Positions 47,701-55,921 of a stretch of DNA of 64,000 nucleotides are shown here, in pieces (position 1 is the stretch's first letter; each line of letters begins with the position of its first letter). The DNA comes from a virus: the IMG/VR virus record IMGVR_UViG_3300031951_009873, positions 16,475-80,474 of that record; one strand, 5' to 3'. The notes under the pieces are model-generated. The model ran no database searches, was not told the DNA's origin, and saw nothing but the letters and a program-made list of their open reading frames with translations. The position numbers were made by a program, and so were the translations under genes.

Positions 47701-48138
47701 CGCAGTCCTACCCATGCATTTAACAGTTCTAACTTGACAAAGACCGTCATTGATATCACACTACCTGGTATCGGTGGTATTGGATTATTCCAGAGCTTCT
47801 TGGTAGATAGAATTCCATCAATCATAACCAGAGGATTCTATGTAGTTACAAAAGTGGTACATGAGTTTAGTACACAAGGTGGATGGATTACTAAAATTCA
47901 AGGACGCTTTAGATTTAAACCGGAGGGTACAGAAGATGCTCCTGTTATCACCACATCCACAGGTGCTACAGTACCTTCTGTTCCCGCTGGCCAAGCAGCA
48001 AATCCAATGGTAAGACGACCAACATTAAATCAAGCTGCGTCTAACTTTAGACGTGCAACTGTTACACCTCCACTTGGTGGCGGAGCCACAACTTTTGGTG
48101 AATTTTTAAACAATAATAATCCAAGGGGTAACAGATAG
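44746..48138 (+). CDS. Baseplate hub protein with N-terminal DUF2272/CHAP-like domain
   Basis: PWSAAF, PGD, SHGDVV, IGGN; hub-like body with C-terminal ITLPGIGG..FQSF.VD.IP....F.VTKV.H....GW.TKI.G. Confidence 0.65.
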   Translation: MAQVNDAPWSAAFIVWVVNEAARKEGVTGLTFPTGPNFVAHVEYANAIRRGGFPWKALKPTNFGVPIKLQPGDIVVINRANNNLTFDGWDRTTGWGGFSHGDVVIEDNDGPGFTIIGGNLSNRVRSDTKYGLGKAFVVLRPNNIAHGNIIRDVAKAELKLWEDNKWISENQAGARERVALYWNTSGLPYIPSSAFTNPGGVTPRQAPESPAAISPFIESLESFHPNIQYELTRRRVSAETANTYMPFVKLTSLSRVLPDNLPDGQTSAYCPSLGIHGQDNISFDDIYLPKSNKSIIGYARAGANGETTVPVVVSDSTRDAANIPIPGITQFTVERSTAGPMGVRGGLVKADLKIVAYSIGQVDTLLRYYLRPATRLVLEVGRMSANQKEKQIKQFDWNLPESFISDYFSKFIKSQRLQNAFIKEYIYNNNGNYEAFITYVVKFNLKYNKNNTFEIDLTLHSVQQFEVTTKHTAVQSSCPSPTKACDVMDIQEYFNGAYDWKNNSFSKLMSRYQNDIDWGAQIVPIKNKDTNEVGAQSTQAGTRENEYYVSWTFFVEKILNDREYGIAAMLGDSTSVGALSDLALLRPVANPTGSFESGLISNQCGYHPNLRSVNPGVMIIYNPEAQIRYEKSKDKGIFESVKNAAASGSKEVSDALKVSSLAQQISGSSVPFTNTLNKVNTVAGASSLTNGVWLNTQAIKQAFTSTDTISSAISSLLSMMNSATEGYWNLQLYSTDVKNPGLHVIDMGLSKEPKLLSKPSLGIDREEAETSNILNSITGITPARYRGDKEDEPKYIYMFNRGTKLFDDGELGSELIDLNVEFNLPQVIAVQAIANIGGPAQKPLLSSINVKELQEISLIKGLYTSCGDSADDASCESDEIRKLRAQISEAESANQRAQGLRAPSIFAGDVSTQLALAINRDIASTNLRTLQDQLDATKAGQFNPNLVGTVREYASLGTALELIEINPSRMMKELNIDSVSGTPTPRSPTHAFNSSNLTKTVIDITLPGIGGIGLFQSFLVDRIPSIITRGFYVVTKVVHEFSTQGGWITKIQGRFRFKPEGTEDAPVITTSTGATVPSVPAGQAANPMVRRPTLNQAASNFRRATVTPPLGGGATTFGEFLNNNNPRGNR

Positions 48139-48139
48139 T

Positions 48140-49627
48140 ATGACAACCCCATATAGTAATCGACCAAAAATTACACAAATTGACATAAGCAATGGGTATG
48201 TCACCAGATATTTTGTACGCAATGTTTCGACGAGAATGGTGACCGAAATAGACAAAAAGCAATATGAGGCATTCAAGAATAACGTATTGTATGAAAAGTT
48301 AGAATTACAATGGAATATCTCTGGGTTTGCAAACGATATAGTATCAACGGACAATAAAATTATTTATGGTACTAAGCATAAGAACTCAGTAATCATAGAA
48401 TTTTATAACAGAAAGTTACCAGGACTGTCCAGACTATTATCAAATCCGTTAGAATATTTTCAAGGTGTTACTAATACTCCGGTTGTTCCTCCTATAGAAA
48501 CAAAATATAACGAAGACGAAATTGGTAGAGCTGTCGAACCATTTGTTGAACCCACAAGAGAAATTCGTGAGTATTCGGCGGATTTTGAGTTGAAATTTAC
48601 ATATCTGTCAAGTGGCTCATCATTAACACAACGTCCAGATGCAGTATCATTAGATTATAAGACAACCTATACATTAGGTCCAATTGCTATATCATCTGGT
48701 AGTGATGGATTGTTTGAACGGGTATGGAAAGTATGGGGCGAAGAAGATGCACTTACAGGAACACATAGTGTCTGGTACGCTATTGAAAGTGCATCAAGTT
48801 GGTCATCGGACTCCGCATCATTGTTCACATACACGGGAACTTCGAGTATAGAACTTGATGCTGCGTTTGACCAAAGTGGTAGATTGTATGTGGTGACGCA
48901 AAGATATACGGGAAGTGCGTCAGAAGTGTGGCTATACTTCTATAACCCACTCGAAACTGGCTTCGTATTTAATAATTTAGGATCAGGAAGAACTCCACGT
49001 ATGTCGCTTGATAACTGGAGAGATACGACTGATTCAGATGTATTGGTGTTTTATGTAGATGATACTCAAAATAAAATTAAATATCGGGCACAAAAAGATA
49101 GATTTACCGCCTCCTACGATACACCGATTAATACAACAGAAAATACTTATATAGAAAAGGTAGGATTCGGTGCGGATAACAGATATCGGGTAACATATGT
49201 AGAACGTAATACTAGTACAGGCAAATATGAAATAAAACAATTGGCTACTTTACTATATCCGTTCCCGATGACCACCGAAGCATATATGTTAACAGGTAGT
49301 TTCTTAAGTATGTCACTTATTGACACGCTCATAACTACCAGTATCGATACAGAAGCGTATACCTTAACCGGTAGTTTCCTAAGTATGTCAATTATCGATA
49401 CAGTGATAACTCCTAGTATCGATACAGAAGCATATATCTTAACCGGTAGTTTCTTAAGTATGTCACTTACCACGCCAGTGATAACGGTTAGTATCGATAC
49501 AGAAGCATATATCTTAACCGGTAGTTTCCTAAGTATGTCAGCTATAGATATTTTAGTTACTAGAAGCCTAGATGAAGCATATATGCTAACCGGTAGTTTC
49601 TTAAGTGCATCAATAATAACAGTATAA
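48140..49627 (+). CDS. Chimeric tail protein with C-terminal 25-aa tandem repeats
   Basis: N-terminal GYVTRYFV domain; central GPIAI..GL..W / AFDQSGR / SDVLVFY / YRAQKDRF domain; five EAYxLTGSFLS repeats. Confidence 0.6.
   Translation: MTTPYSNRPKITQIDISNGYVTRYFVRNVSTRMVTEIDKKQYEAFKNNVLYEKLELQWNISGFANDIVSTDNKIIYGTKHKNSVIIEFYNRKLPGLSRLLSNPLEYFQGVTNTPVVPPIETKYNEDEIGRAVEPFVEPTREIREYSADFELKFTYLSSGSSLTQRPDAVSLDYKTTYTLGPIAISSGSDGLFERVWKVWGEEDALTGTHSVWYAIESASSWSSDSASLFTYTGTSSIELDAAFDQSGRLYVVTQRYTGSASEVWLYFYNPLETGFVFNNLGSGRTPRMSLDNWRDTTDSDVLVFYVDDTQNKIKYRAQKDRFTASYDTPINTTENTYIEKVGFGADNRYRVTYVERNTSTGKYEIKQLATLLYPFPMTTEAYMLTGSFLSMSLIDTLITTSIDTEAYTLTGSFLSMSIIDTVITPSIDTEAYILTGSFLSMSLTTPVITVSIDTEAYILTGSFLSMSAIDILVTRSLDEAYMLTGSFLSASIITV
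49274..49624 (+). repeat. In-frame 75-bp tandem repeat, about 5 copies
   Basis: Units start at 49274, 49349, 49424, 49499 and ~49571; core GAAGCrTATAyvTTAAChGGTAGTTTCyTAAGT. Confidence 0.95.
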
Positions 49628-49646
49628 AACAATATAGGAGTAGTGT

Positions 49647-50654
49647 ATGAACAAGGCACCAGCAATTATTACACCAGAGCGGATAGTAGAAAGTACCCAA
49701 CATATGGGATTTCACGGTCATTTTAATGTCGAATTAATTCATAAACCAACTGGATTACTTAAACGAAAATTACAGTTTAAAAATCTAATAACTACTGCAG
49801 GTCTTAATTGGATAGGTGCGGGGTCTGGTGGAAGTTCTGGTTGGGACATTTCCTTCAATCGCGGGTCGTCCGCCCATACAGCAGTGGGTACAGGTACAAC
49901 GACCCCGACCATCGGCGACACGGCACTTGTAGCACAAGTATTTCGTACCAACTCAACAGGAGTACCTTCAATATCACCAACATATGGATTCGCAGACGAT
50001 TATTCATACGCATATGTGGAGCATACGAGAGTGTTTCTTCCTGGATCAGGATCAGGTAATTTGACCGAGGTAGGAATTTTCAACGCTTCTTCAGGGGGTA
50101 CTATGTGGACTCGTCAACTCTTTAAAGATGAGTTTGGTGCTCCTACTACAATTATTAAAACAGACGATGATGAACTACGTATCACGTATCAATTGCGACT
50201 CAATATTTTAACCACCACACAGGACACTACTCAAACCATAAAAAGTGTATCACGTGATCTTAGTACAAGAGCGTATGATATAGATGCGAGCGGTAGATGG
50301 GGAGCTACTAGTAACGCAAGTTGTGTGATAAACAGTATTGGACAGAGCTGGCGCACGGCTGGATCTGGTATTCTATATAGTGCTTCTGCCATGCCGGCAA
50401 TAACTGCGACACAAACAGGAACGGGTACAGGTAATAGTACTGGATCGTTTGCAGCATATACAGCCCCAGAAAGATTTAGAGATGGTACATATATATGGAA
50501 TCCTGGACTTGGAAGTTTAGATATTGGCAGTGTTATTTGGGGAAATAGTAACTGGGGAACCCCGCCAATCATTACTACGATAAATCCAGCGGTTAACAAA
50601 ACCGCTAGTGAACGATTTACATTTGTTGGTAGATTCTCATTTGGTTCCGTATAG
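49647..50654 (+). CDS. Tail / tail-fibre-base structural protein
   Basis: NLITTAGLN, AVGTGTT.P...DT.L, GNLTEVG, TR.L.KD..G.PT.I.K...L...Y; AGGAG RBS. Confidence 0.65.
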   Translation: MNKAPAIITPERIVESTQHMGFHGHFNVELIHKPTGLLKRKLQFKNLITTAGLNWIGAGSGGSSGWDISFNRGSSAHTAVGTGTTTPTIGDTALVAQVFRTNSTGVPSISPTYGFADDYSYAYVEHTRVFLPGSGSGNLTEVGIFNASSGGTMWTRQLFKDEFGAPTTIIKTDDDELRITYQLRLNILTTTQDTTQTIKSVSRDLSTRAYDIDASGRWGATSNASCVINSIGQSWRTAGSGILYSASAMPAITATQTGTGTGNSTGSFAAYTAPERFRDGTYIWNPGLGSLDIGSVIWGNSNWGTPPIITTINPAVNKTASERFTFVGRFSFGSV

Positions 50655-50657
50655 TAT

Positions 50658-50954
50658 ATGATTGATGTAAATGATTGGAATACTTCGTCGGTAAACTTTA
50701 CTTCCAGCTATACATTTAAAGATACCGCGTTACCAACGCCATATAAGGTAGTTGCTTATGATAACCTATTCGTATCCTCCTCTGGCGTACAGAGGCCAGA
50801 CGCAGTAACCTATCCAAAAATAATAGGAACACCATACACTTCGCTTAGAGTGAGGAATAAACAAAGTATCGGAATGTACCTTGATTTTACTATAAACAAT
50901 GCATATGATGTTATTTTAATAGATACTCTTGACGTATTTTTCAACAACTATTGA
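50658..50954 (+). CDS. Hypothetical protein (shares QRPDAV with ORF 48140)
   Basis: 98 aa ORF filling the gap; SSGVQRPDAV versus SGSSLTQRPDAV. Confidence 0.5.
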   Translation: MIDVNDWNTSSVNFTSSYTFKDTALPTPYKVVAYDNLFVSSSGVQRPDAVTYPKIIGTPYTSLRVRNKQSIGMYLDFTINNAYDVILIDTLDVFFNNY

Positions 50955-50979
50955 CAAATCAACTGACTCATACTATATT
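50951..50979 (+). promoter_or_regulatory. Sigma70-type promoter
   Basis: TTGACA (50951-50956) - 17 nt - TATATT (50974-50979). Confidence 0.8.
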
Positions 50980-51007
50980 TAAATTATAATATATTATTGA
51001 GGAACCA

Positions 51008-52285
51008 ATGGTTATTACAAATCTAGACGATATTACAAAACTCACCAACCGCTTACAGGAAGAGACTGCGTATGTCTATCCCGTGGCGGTTGATGCGTTT
51101 TTACATCCTGTCCAGAATAAGTTGTCCTCGCTCCATTTTCGATTTGACGATGGAACATTCTATACTGTATCGGTCAATCATCCAGATGCCCCACACTTTG
51201 AGATTGACCTTTCTCATGCGTATAAATTGGTCACTCTACATCAAAAGGAACTCCGACATCTGACCAATACGTTTGATGGAATTACATCATATGCAACCAA
51301 TGTCATTGATTTGGCAACGATGGTACATCTCAACAATGATGTGATTCCGTTATATCGTGAATTCTATACGATGGGTATTCATCAGATTAAGAACCAATTT
51401 AAGTTTAAGAATCTCCACTATAGTATCCCGTTGACTTCGTGGGTAGAAACGGCAGAGGCATTCCTCCAACATTGTGAACATCTTTACAAACGATATGAGT
51501 CCACAGAACTCGACCCGGCGTTTCAATACATTAATCAACTGACTATTCCTACTTTGGGTAATATTGAAAAGTCTGGAATTCAAACGACCGATGGGTTGGT
51601 ATATTCCGATTACAACATCTATACGTCTACGGGTCGTCCAAGTAATGCTTTCGGTGGTATCAACTTTGCCGCTCTGAACAAGAACGATGGAAGCCGTGAG
51701 AAGTTCGTTAGTCGGTTTGGGGAGAACGGCACTCTTGTTCAGTTTGACTATGAAGCGTTCCACTTACGATTGGCAGGAAAGTTGATGGATTATTACCTAC
51801 CCCCCACATCACTTCACAAATATCTCGCTCAACAATATTATGGTAACCTTACTATAACCAAAGAGCAATATGAGGAGTCCAAGGCTAGAACATTCGCCTT
51901 GATGTATGGTCAGTCCGACGATACGGGTGGTGTAGAGTTCTTCCAAAAGATTAAAGGATATTCCTCCAAACTGTGGGATGAGTACTGTCAGAATGGATTT
52001 GTATTGTCAGGAACGGGTCGCAAAGTGATACTCACCGACCCATCCAAGAACAAAGTATTTAATTATATGATGCAGTTGACAGAAACCGAAGAAGCCATCC
52101 AACGAGTCAACAAAGTCAGCCAATTCCTTAATCGGGTGATTCTGTACACCTATGATGCAATTCTACTGGATGTCCCGAATAATGAATTACATTTAATGGA
52201 CAAAGTGGCTGAGATATTGAGTGAAGGTGGGTTCCCTATTCGGCAGTATCGGGGTCACAATTATAATGAGTTAAATCTTATTTAA
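51008..52285 (+). CDS. Compact family A DNA polymerase-like protein
   Basis: TSTGRPS, motif A FDYEAFHLRL, motif B SKARTFALMYG, NY.MQ..E, motif C YTYDAILL. Confidence 0.8.
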   Translation: MVITNLDDITKLTNRLQEETAYVYPVAVDAFLHPVQNKLSSLHFRFDDGTFYTVSVNHPDAPHFEIDLSHAYKLVTLHQKELRHLTNTFDGITSYATNVIDLATMVHLNNDVIPLYREFYTMGIHQIKNQFKFKNLHYSIPLTSWVETAEAFLQHCEHLYKRYESTELDPAFQYINQLTIPTLGNIEKSGIQTTDGLVYSDYNIYTSTGRPSNAFGGINFAALNKNDGSREKFVSRFGENGTLVQFDYEAFHLRLAGKLMDYYLPPTSLHKYLAQQYYGNLTITKEQYEESKARTFALMYGQSDDTGGVEFFQKIKGYSSKLWDEYCQNGFVLSGTGRKVILTDPSKNKVFNYMMQLTETEEAIQRVNKVSQFLNRVILYTYDAILLDVPNNELHLMDKVAEILSEGGFPIRQYRGHNYNELNLI

Positions 52286-52310
52286 AATGTAGTGTTATTG
52301 AAGTAAATTT

Positions 52311-52320
52311 GATACTTATA
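52311..52320 (+). promoter_or_regulatory. Putative late promoter motif
   Basis: GATACTTATA upstream of ORF 52352. Confidence 0.5.
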
Positions 52321-52351
52321 AGAAGTTGGTTAACAGTCTTACGAGTATTAT

Positions 52352-52753
52352 ATGAACGAAACTCAATTGTTATGCACCTTTATAGCAGCTGATAAGTTGG
52401 ACGAAAATGTAAACTTAGTGAAGTATTCCTATACATTAGCGTTCAACAACATATATGTTTTAGAAAATGTAGATGACCCAAATCAATTAATTTTGACCTA
52501 CAATATTGTTGCGGGTTCATTAAAAGAACATTATGCACCACCAGCTTCAACTATATCAGTACATAGAAAGAAACAAACAAATACAATATACACCATTAAT
52601 GCATTAAACGCATTAATTGCAAGTAAGAACGGCGGTAAGATAGATAAGTCCTATAAGATTGATTGGGATGAATTAAAGAATTCTATTTTAGTAACCGCAC
52701 ATGGCCAATTAAAAATCGTTAAAACCAAAATAAAAGAAATATTAAACTTCTAA
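52352..52753 (+). CDS. Conserved phage hypothetical protein
   Basis: QLLCTF...TYN...TISVHRKKQTNTIYTINALN. Confidence 0.7.
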   Translation: MNETQLLCTFIAADKLDENVNLVKYSYTLAFNNIYVLENVDDPNQLILTYNIVAGSLKEHYAPPASTISVHRKKQTNTIYTINALNALIASKNGGKIDKSYKIDWDELKNSILVTAHGQLKIVKTKIKEILNF

Positions 52754-52764
52754 TCAAGTAGGAC

Positions 52765-52793
52765 TTGACAAACTAAACGCAGGGTAGTATACT
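52765..52793 (+). promoter_or_regulatory. Sigma70-type promoter
   Basis: TTGACA (52765-52770) - 17 nt - TATACT (52788-52793). Confidence 0.85.
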
Positions 52794-52857
52794 TCTTCCT
52801 ACTTGGGTATACTACAACATAAACACCCATTAAACACTTTTAAACGAGGTAAACAGT

Positions 52858-53649
52858 ATGGCGCTAGACATCAATGCATTAAAGAGTAAGCTTAACAGTT
52901 TCAAGCGGACAGGCGGTGGGGACCGCGATACCGCTATCTGGAAGCCGAAGGAAGGAAAGACAGTCATCCGTATCGTCCCGTGGAAGGATAACCCCGAGAA
53001 TCCCTTTATCGAACTCTACTTCCACTATTTGGGCAACAAGACCCATCTCTCACCACTATCATATGGCAACCGTGACCCGATTGCGGAGTTTGCTGACGCA
53101 CTGAAGTCAGACCAGACCCGTGACCCGAAGGAGCGTTATGCCGAGGCTCGGCCGTTCATGCCGAAGCTTCGTACCTATATCCCTATCATCGTTCGTGGTG
53201 AAGAGGATAAGGGTGTTCGGTTCTATTCGTTCGGTAAGACGGTCTATCAGGAACTTCTTTCGTACATCTCTGACCCTGATTACGGGGATATCACCGATGC
53301 GAAGACTGGCCGTGATATCGTAGTTGAGTACATTCCGAAGGAGAAGTCTGACACGAATTTCGCCAAGACTTCCGTAAAGGTCAAGCCCGCTCAGACTCCG
53401 CTTTCCTCTGATTCCGCTCAGATGAAGATGTGGATGACGGAACAGCCGGATATCAAGGAACTTTACACCGAGCCAACTTACAATGAGCTGAAGGTCACGC
53501 TTGAGAAGTATCTTGACCCAGATAATTCGGTTATTACTCCAGCCCGTGAGGCTGAGGCTCCCAAGTCTGAGACTGCCACGGCTGCAGCACCAAAGGAGAA
53601 TGTCAAGAACGCAGTTGATGCGTTTGACGAGCTGTTCAACGATAATTAA
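52858..53649 (+). CDS. Single-stranded DNA-binding protein (T4 gp32-like)
   Basis: WKP..G...IRIVP, PF.E.YFHY, FGKTVY, DITD...GRD, acidic C-terminal AFDELF. Confidence 0.85.
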   Translation: MALDINALKSKLNSFKRTGGGDRDTAIWKPKEGKTVIRIVPWKDNPENPFIELYFHYLGNKTHLSPLSYGNRDPIAEFADALKSDQTRDPKERYAEARPFMPKLRTYIPIIVRGEEDKGVRFYSFGKTVYQELLSYISDPDYGDITDAKTGRDIVVEYIPKEKSDTNFAKTSVKVKPAQTPLSSDSAQMKMWMTEQPDIKELYTEPTYNELKVTLEKYLDPDNSVITPAREAEAPKSETATAAAPKENVKNAVDAFDELFNDN

Positions 53650-53654
53650 TTAAC

Positions 53655-53712
53655 CAAAGACACGCTGTGTGCTGGGTAGCCTCAAAACTACCCAGCGCCT
53701 GCGTGTTTTGTT
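53655..53712 (+). terminator. Long intergenic hairpin (terminator or processing site)
   Basis: GCTGGGTAG (53671-79)/CTACCCAGC (53688-96) plus outer CACGC/GCGTG, followed by TTTTGTT. Confidence 0.55.
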
Positions 53713-53727
53713 ACATAAAGGAACCAT

Positions 53728-54888
53728 ATGGCAAAAGAAACAAAAACAAAGAAGTCAAGTCCATCAGCTGACCGCGATGAACTGGCACAAGTTATCGCAG
53801 ATAGCTTGAATAAGTTGTACAAGGATGGTCAAGTCGCCTATTTCCTTGACGGGGAAGAGGAGACTCCTACTGATTTAACTGATTTTATCTCGACGGGTAA
53901 TACGATGTTGGATATCGCAATCAGTAATCGTCCGAATGGTGGTATTGCCGCCGGTCGTATTACTGAACTGACTGGATTGGAAGCATCTGGTAAATCATTA
54001 GTCGGTGCACAACTTATCGCTACCACACAGAAGCGAGGTGGTGTTGCGGTTCTTATTGATACCGAAAACGCGGTGAACGATGAGTTCTTCCAAGCAGTCG
54101 GTGTTGATATGAAGAAGTTAGTGTATGTTCAACACGATACGGTCGAAGATATCTTTGATTCTATCGTGAACATCATTGAAAAGGTCAGAGCCGCAGCGAA
54201 GAAGGATAAGTTGGTCACTATCGTTGTTGACTCTGTTGCCGCCGCTTCTACCAAGACGGAAATGGCTGCGGACTTCAATAAGGATGGATACGCAACTGCT
54301 AAGTCTATCATTATCAGTAAGGCAATGAGAAAGATTACGAATCTTCTTGGTCGTGAAAAGATTGCACTGGTGTTCACCAATCAGTTACGTTTGAAGATGA
54401 ACGCTCCTGCGTTCTCTGACCCGTATACAACCTCTGGTGGTAAGGCAATCGGATTCCATGCTTCAACTCGTATCCGTCTGTCACAGATTGGTAAGTTGAA
54501 GGATTCAGCTGGTAACATCATTGGTATCACCACAAAGGCGGTGGTCACCAAGAATCGTTTGGGTCCGCCGTATCGTGAAGCTGAATTCAATATCTACTTC
54601 AATCGTGGTATTGATGATTACAGTAGTTGGTTGGATGTCTTGAAGGAAAACGGCATCATCAAGCAGTCTGGTGCATGGTATTCTTACAACGATGAGAAGT
54701 TCCAAAGTAAGGAATTCCCATCATTCCTCGAAGCTGACCAAGAACGGAAGGAAGCGTTGTACGAGAAGATTTGTGACGCACTCATTATGAAGTACGAGAA
54801 GGACTTCGACCCATCTGCGGTTAACAAGGAAGCCGCAGAGGATGAGGACGAAGTATCACCATCTAAAAAGCAATTACTAAATGACTGA
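53728..54888 (+). CDS. recA: RecA/UvsX recombinase
   Basis: ISTG, GRITE..GLEASGKS, IDTENA, VVDSVAA, FTNQLR, TSGGKA..FHAS, KNR..PP. Confidence 0.97.
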   Translation: MAKETKTKKSSPSADRDELAQVIADSLNKLYKDGQVAYFLDGEEETPTDLTDFISTGNTMLDIAISNRPNGGIAAGRITELTGLEASGKSLVGAQLIATTQKRGGVAVLIDTENAVNDEFFQAVGVDMKKLVYVQHDTVEDIFDSIVNIIEKVRAAAKKDKLVTIVVDSVAAASTKTEMAADFNKDGYATAKSIIISKAMRKITNLLGREKIALVFTNQLRLKMNAPAFSDPYTTSGGKAIGFHASTRIRLSQIGKLKDSAGNIIGITTKAVVTKNRLGPPYREAEFNIYFNRGIDDYSSWLDVLKENGIIKQSGAWYSYNDEKFQSKEFPSFLEADQERKEALYEKICDALIMKYEKDFDPSAVNKEAAEDEDEVSPSKKQLLND

Positions 54889-55921
54889 TTTATTGAAGGC
54901 GTTTAATGAGATGCAGTTTGACAGTAAGGACATTGGGTATAACTCCCGTGTCCTTATTGTTGACGCATTGAATACGTTTATGCGGAGTTATGCTGCAATT
55001 CCTACATTAGATGAAGATGGAAATCATATAGGTGGAATGGCTGGATTTATGAAGTCATTGGGATATGCGGTAAAAACATTCAAGCCCACCAGAGTAGTAC
55101 TCGTATTTGATGGTAAAGGTGGGTCACAAAGACGCCGAAAGATATACAAGGATTACAAGGCAAATCGGAAGCCACCAACCAGATTGAATCGGCAGTATGA
55201 TATGACTACCGATGAACAAGAAAAGGAAAACATGAAGTGGCAGTTGGTGTCACTTGTTGATATGGTGGAATGTTTACCTGTATCTATTCTTGCCTTAGAC
55301 AATGTAGAAGCAGATGATGTGATTGCCTATATGTCAGAACTGGTGACAAAGAATGGTGGGAATAGTATCATCTATTCTACAGATAAGGACTTCTTACAGA
55401 TGGTCAGCGAGTCGGTCAAGCTGTACAATCCCGTCAAGAAGAAAACCTTTGATATAGATGTGGTACTGGAAACATATGGTGTACATCCAAGTAACTTTGT
55501 ATTCTACAGGTCACTTCTTGGCGATAAGAGTGATAACATTGATGGAATCAAGGGAGCTGGAGAAAAGACCGTACTGAAGTATCTTCCAGAATTGGCTGAT
55601 GCAAATGTTGAGGTCAATCTGGATTTACTTGAACAAAAATATGTTGATATTAAAAAGAAGCCGAAGTTAGTAGAAAACATACTGGATAATACCAGTATAG
55701 TAAATAGAAATTTGCAATTAATGAATTTGCATGATGTGGATATTAATATTGATGCAAAGATGAAAATATTACATAAATACGAAGAAGGTTGCCCTCCACT
55801 TCGGAAGGCAGACTTGACAAAGCTGATGTTTAAGACTAAGATTATTAGTAGTATACAAAACTACGATGAATGGATTACATTTTCCTTTGGCACTTTAGCG
55901 AGATATTATGGTAAATCATAA
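54881..55921 (+). CDS. 5'-3' exonuclease / flap endonuclease (PolI N-terminal / T4 RNase H-like)
   Basis: VDALN, VFDG, YKANR, EADD, STDKD, GDKSDNIDGIKGAGEKT. Confidence 0.95.
   Translation: MTDLLKAFNEMQFDSKDIGYNSRVLIVDALNTFMRSYAAIPTLDEDGNHIGGMAGFMKSLGYAVKTFKPTRVVLVFDGKGGSQRRRKIYKDYKANRKPPTRLNRQYDMTTDEQEKENMKWQLVSLVDMVECLPVSILALDNVEADDVIAYMSELVTKNGGNSIIYSTDKDFLQMVSESVKLYNPVKKKTFDIDVVLETYGVHPSNFVFYRSLLGDKSDNIDGIKGAGEKTVLKYLPELADANVEVNLDLLEQKYVDIKKKPKLVENILDNTSIVNRNLQLMNLHDVDINIDAKMKILHKYEEGCPPLRKADLTKLMFKTKIISSIQNYDEWITFSFGTLARYYGKS

Noticed and set aside
49274-49624. Conserved ~50-nt unit alternating with ~24-nt variable segments, superficially like a CRISPR array
   Set aside because: The period is a multiple of 3 and in frame within a CDS, variation is mostly synonymous, the 'spacers' are mutually related, and no cas genes are present
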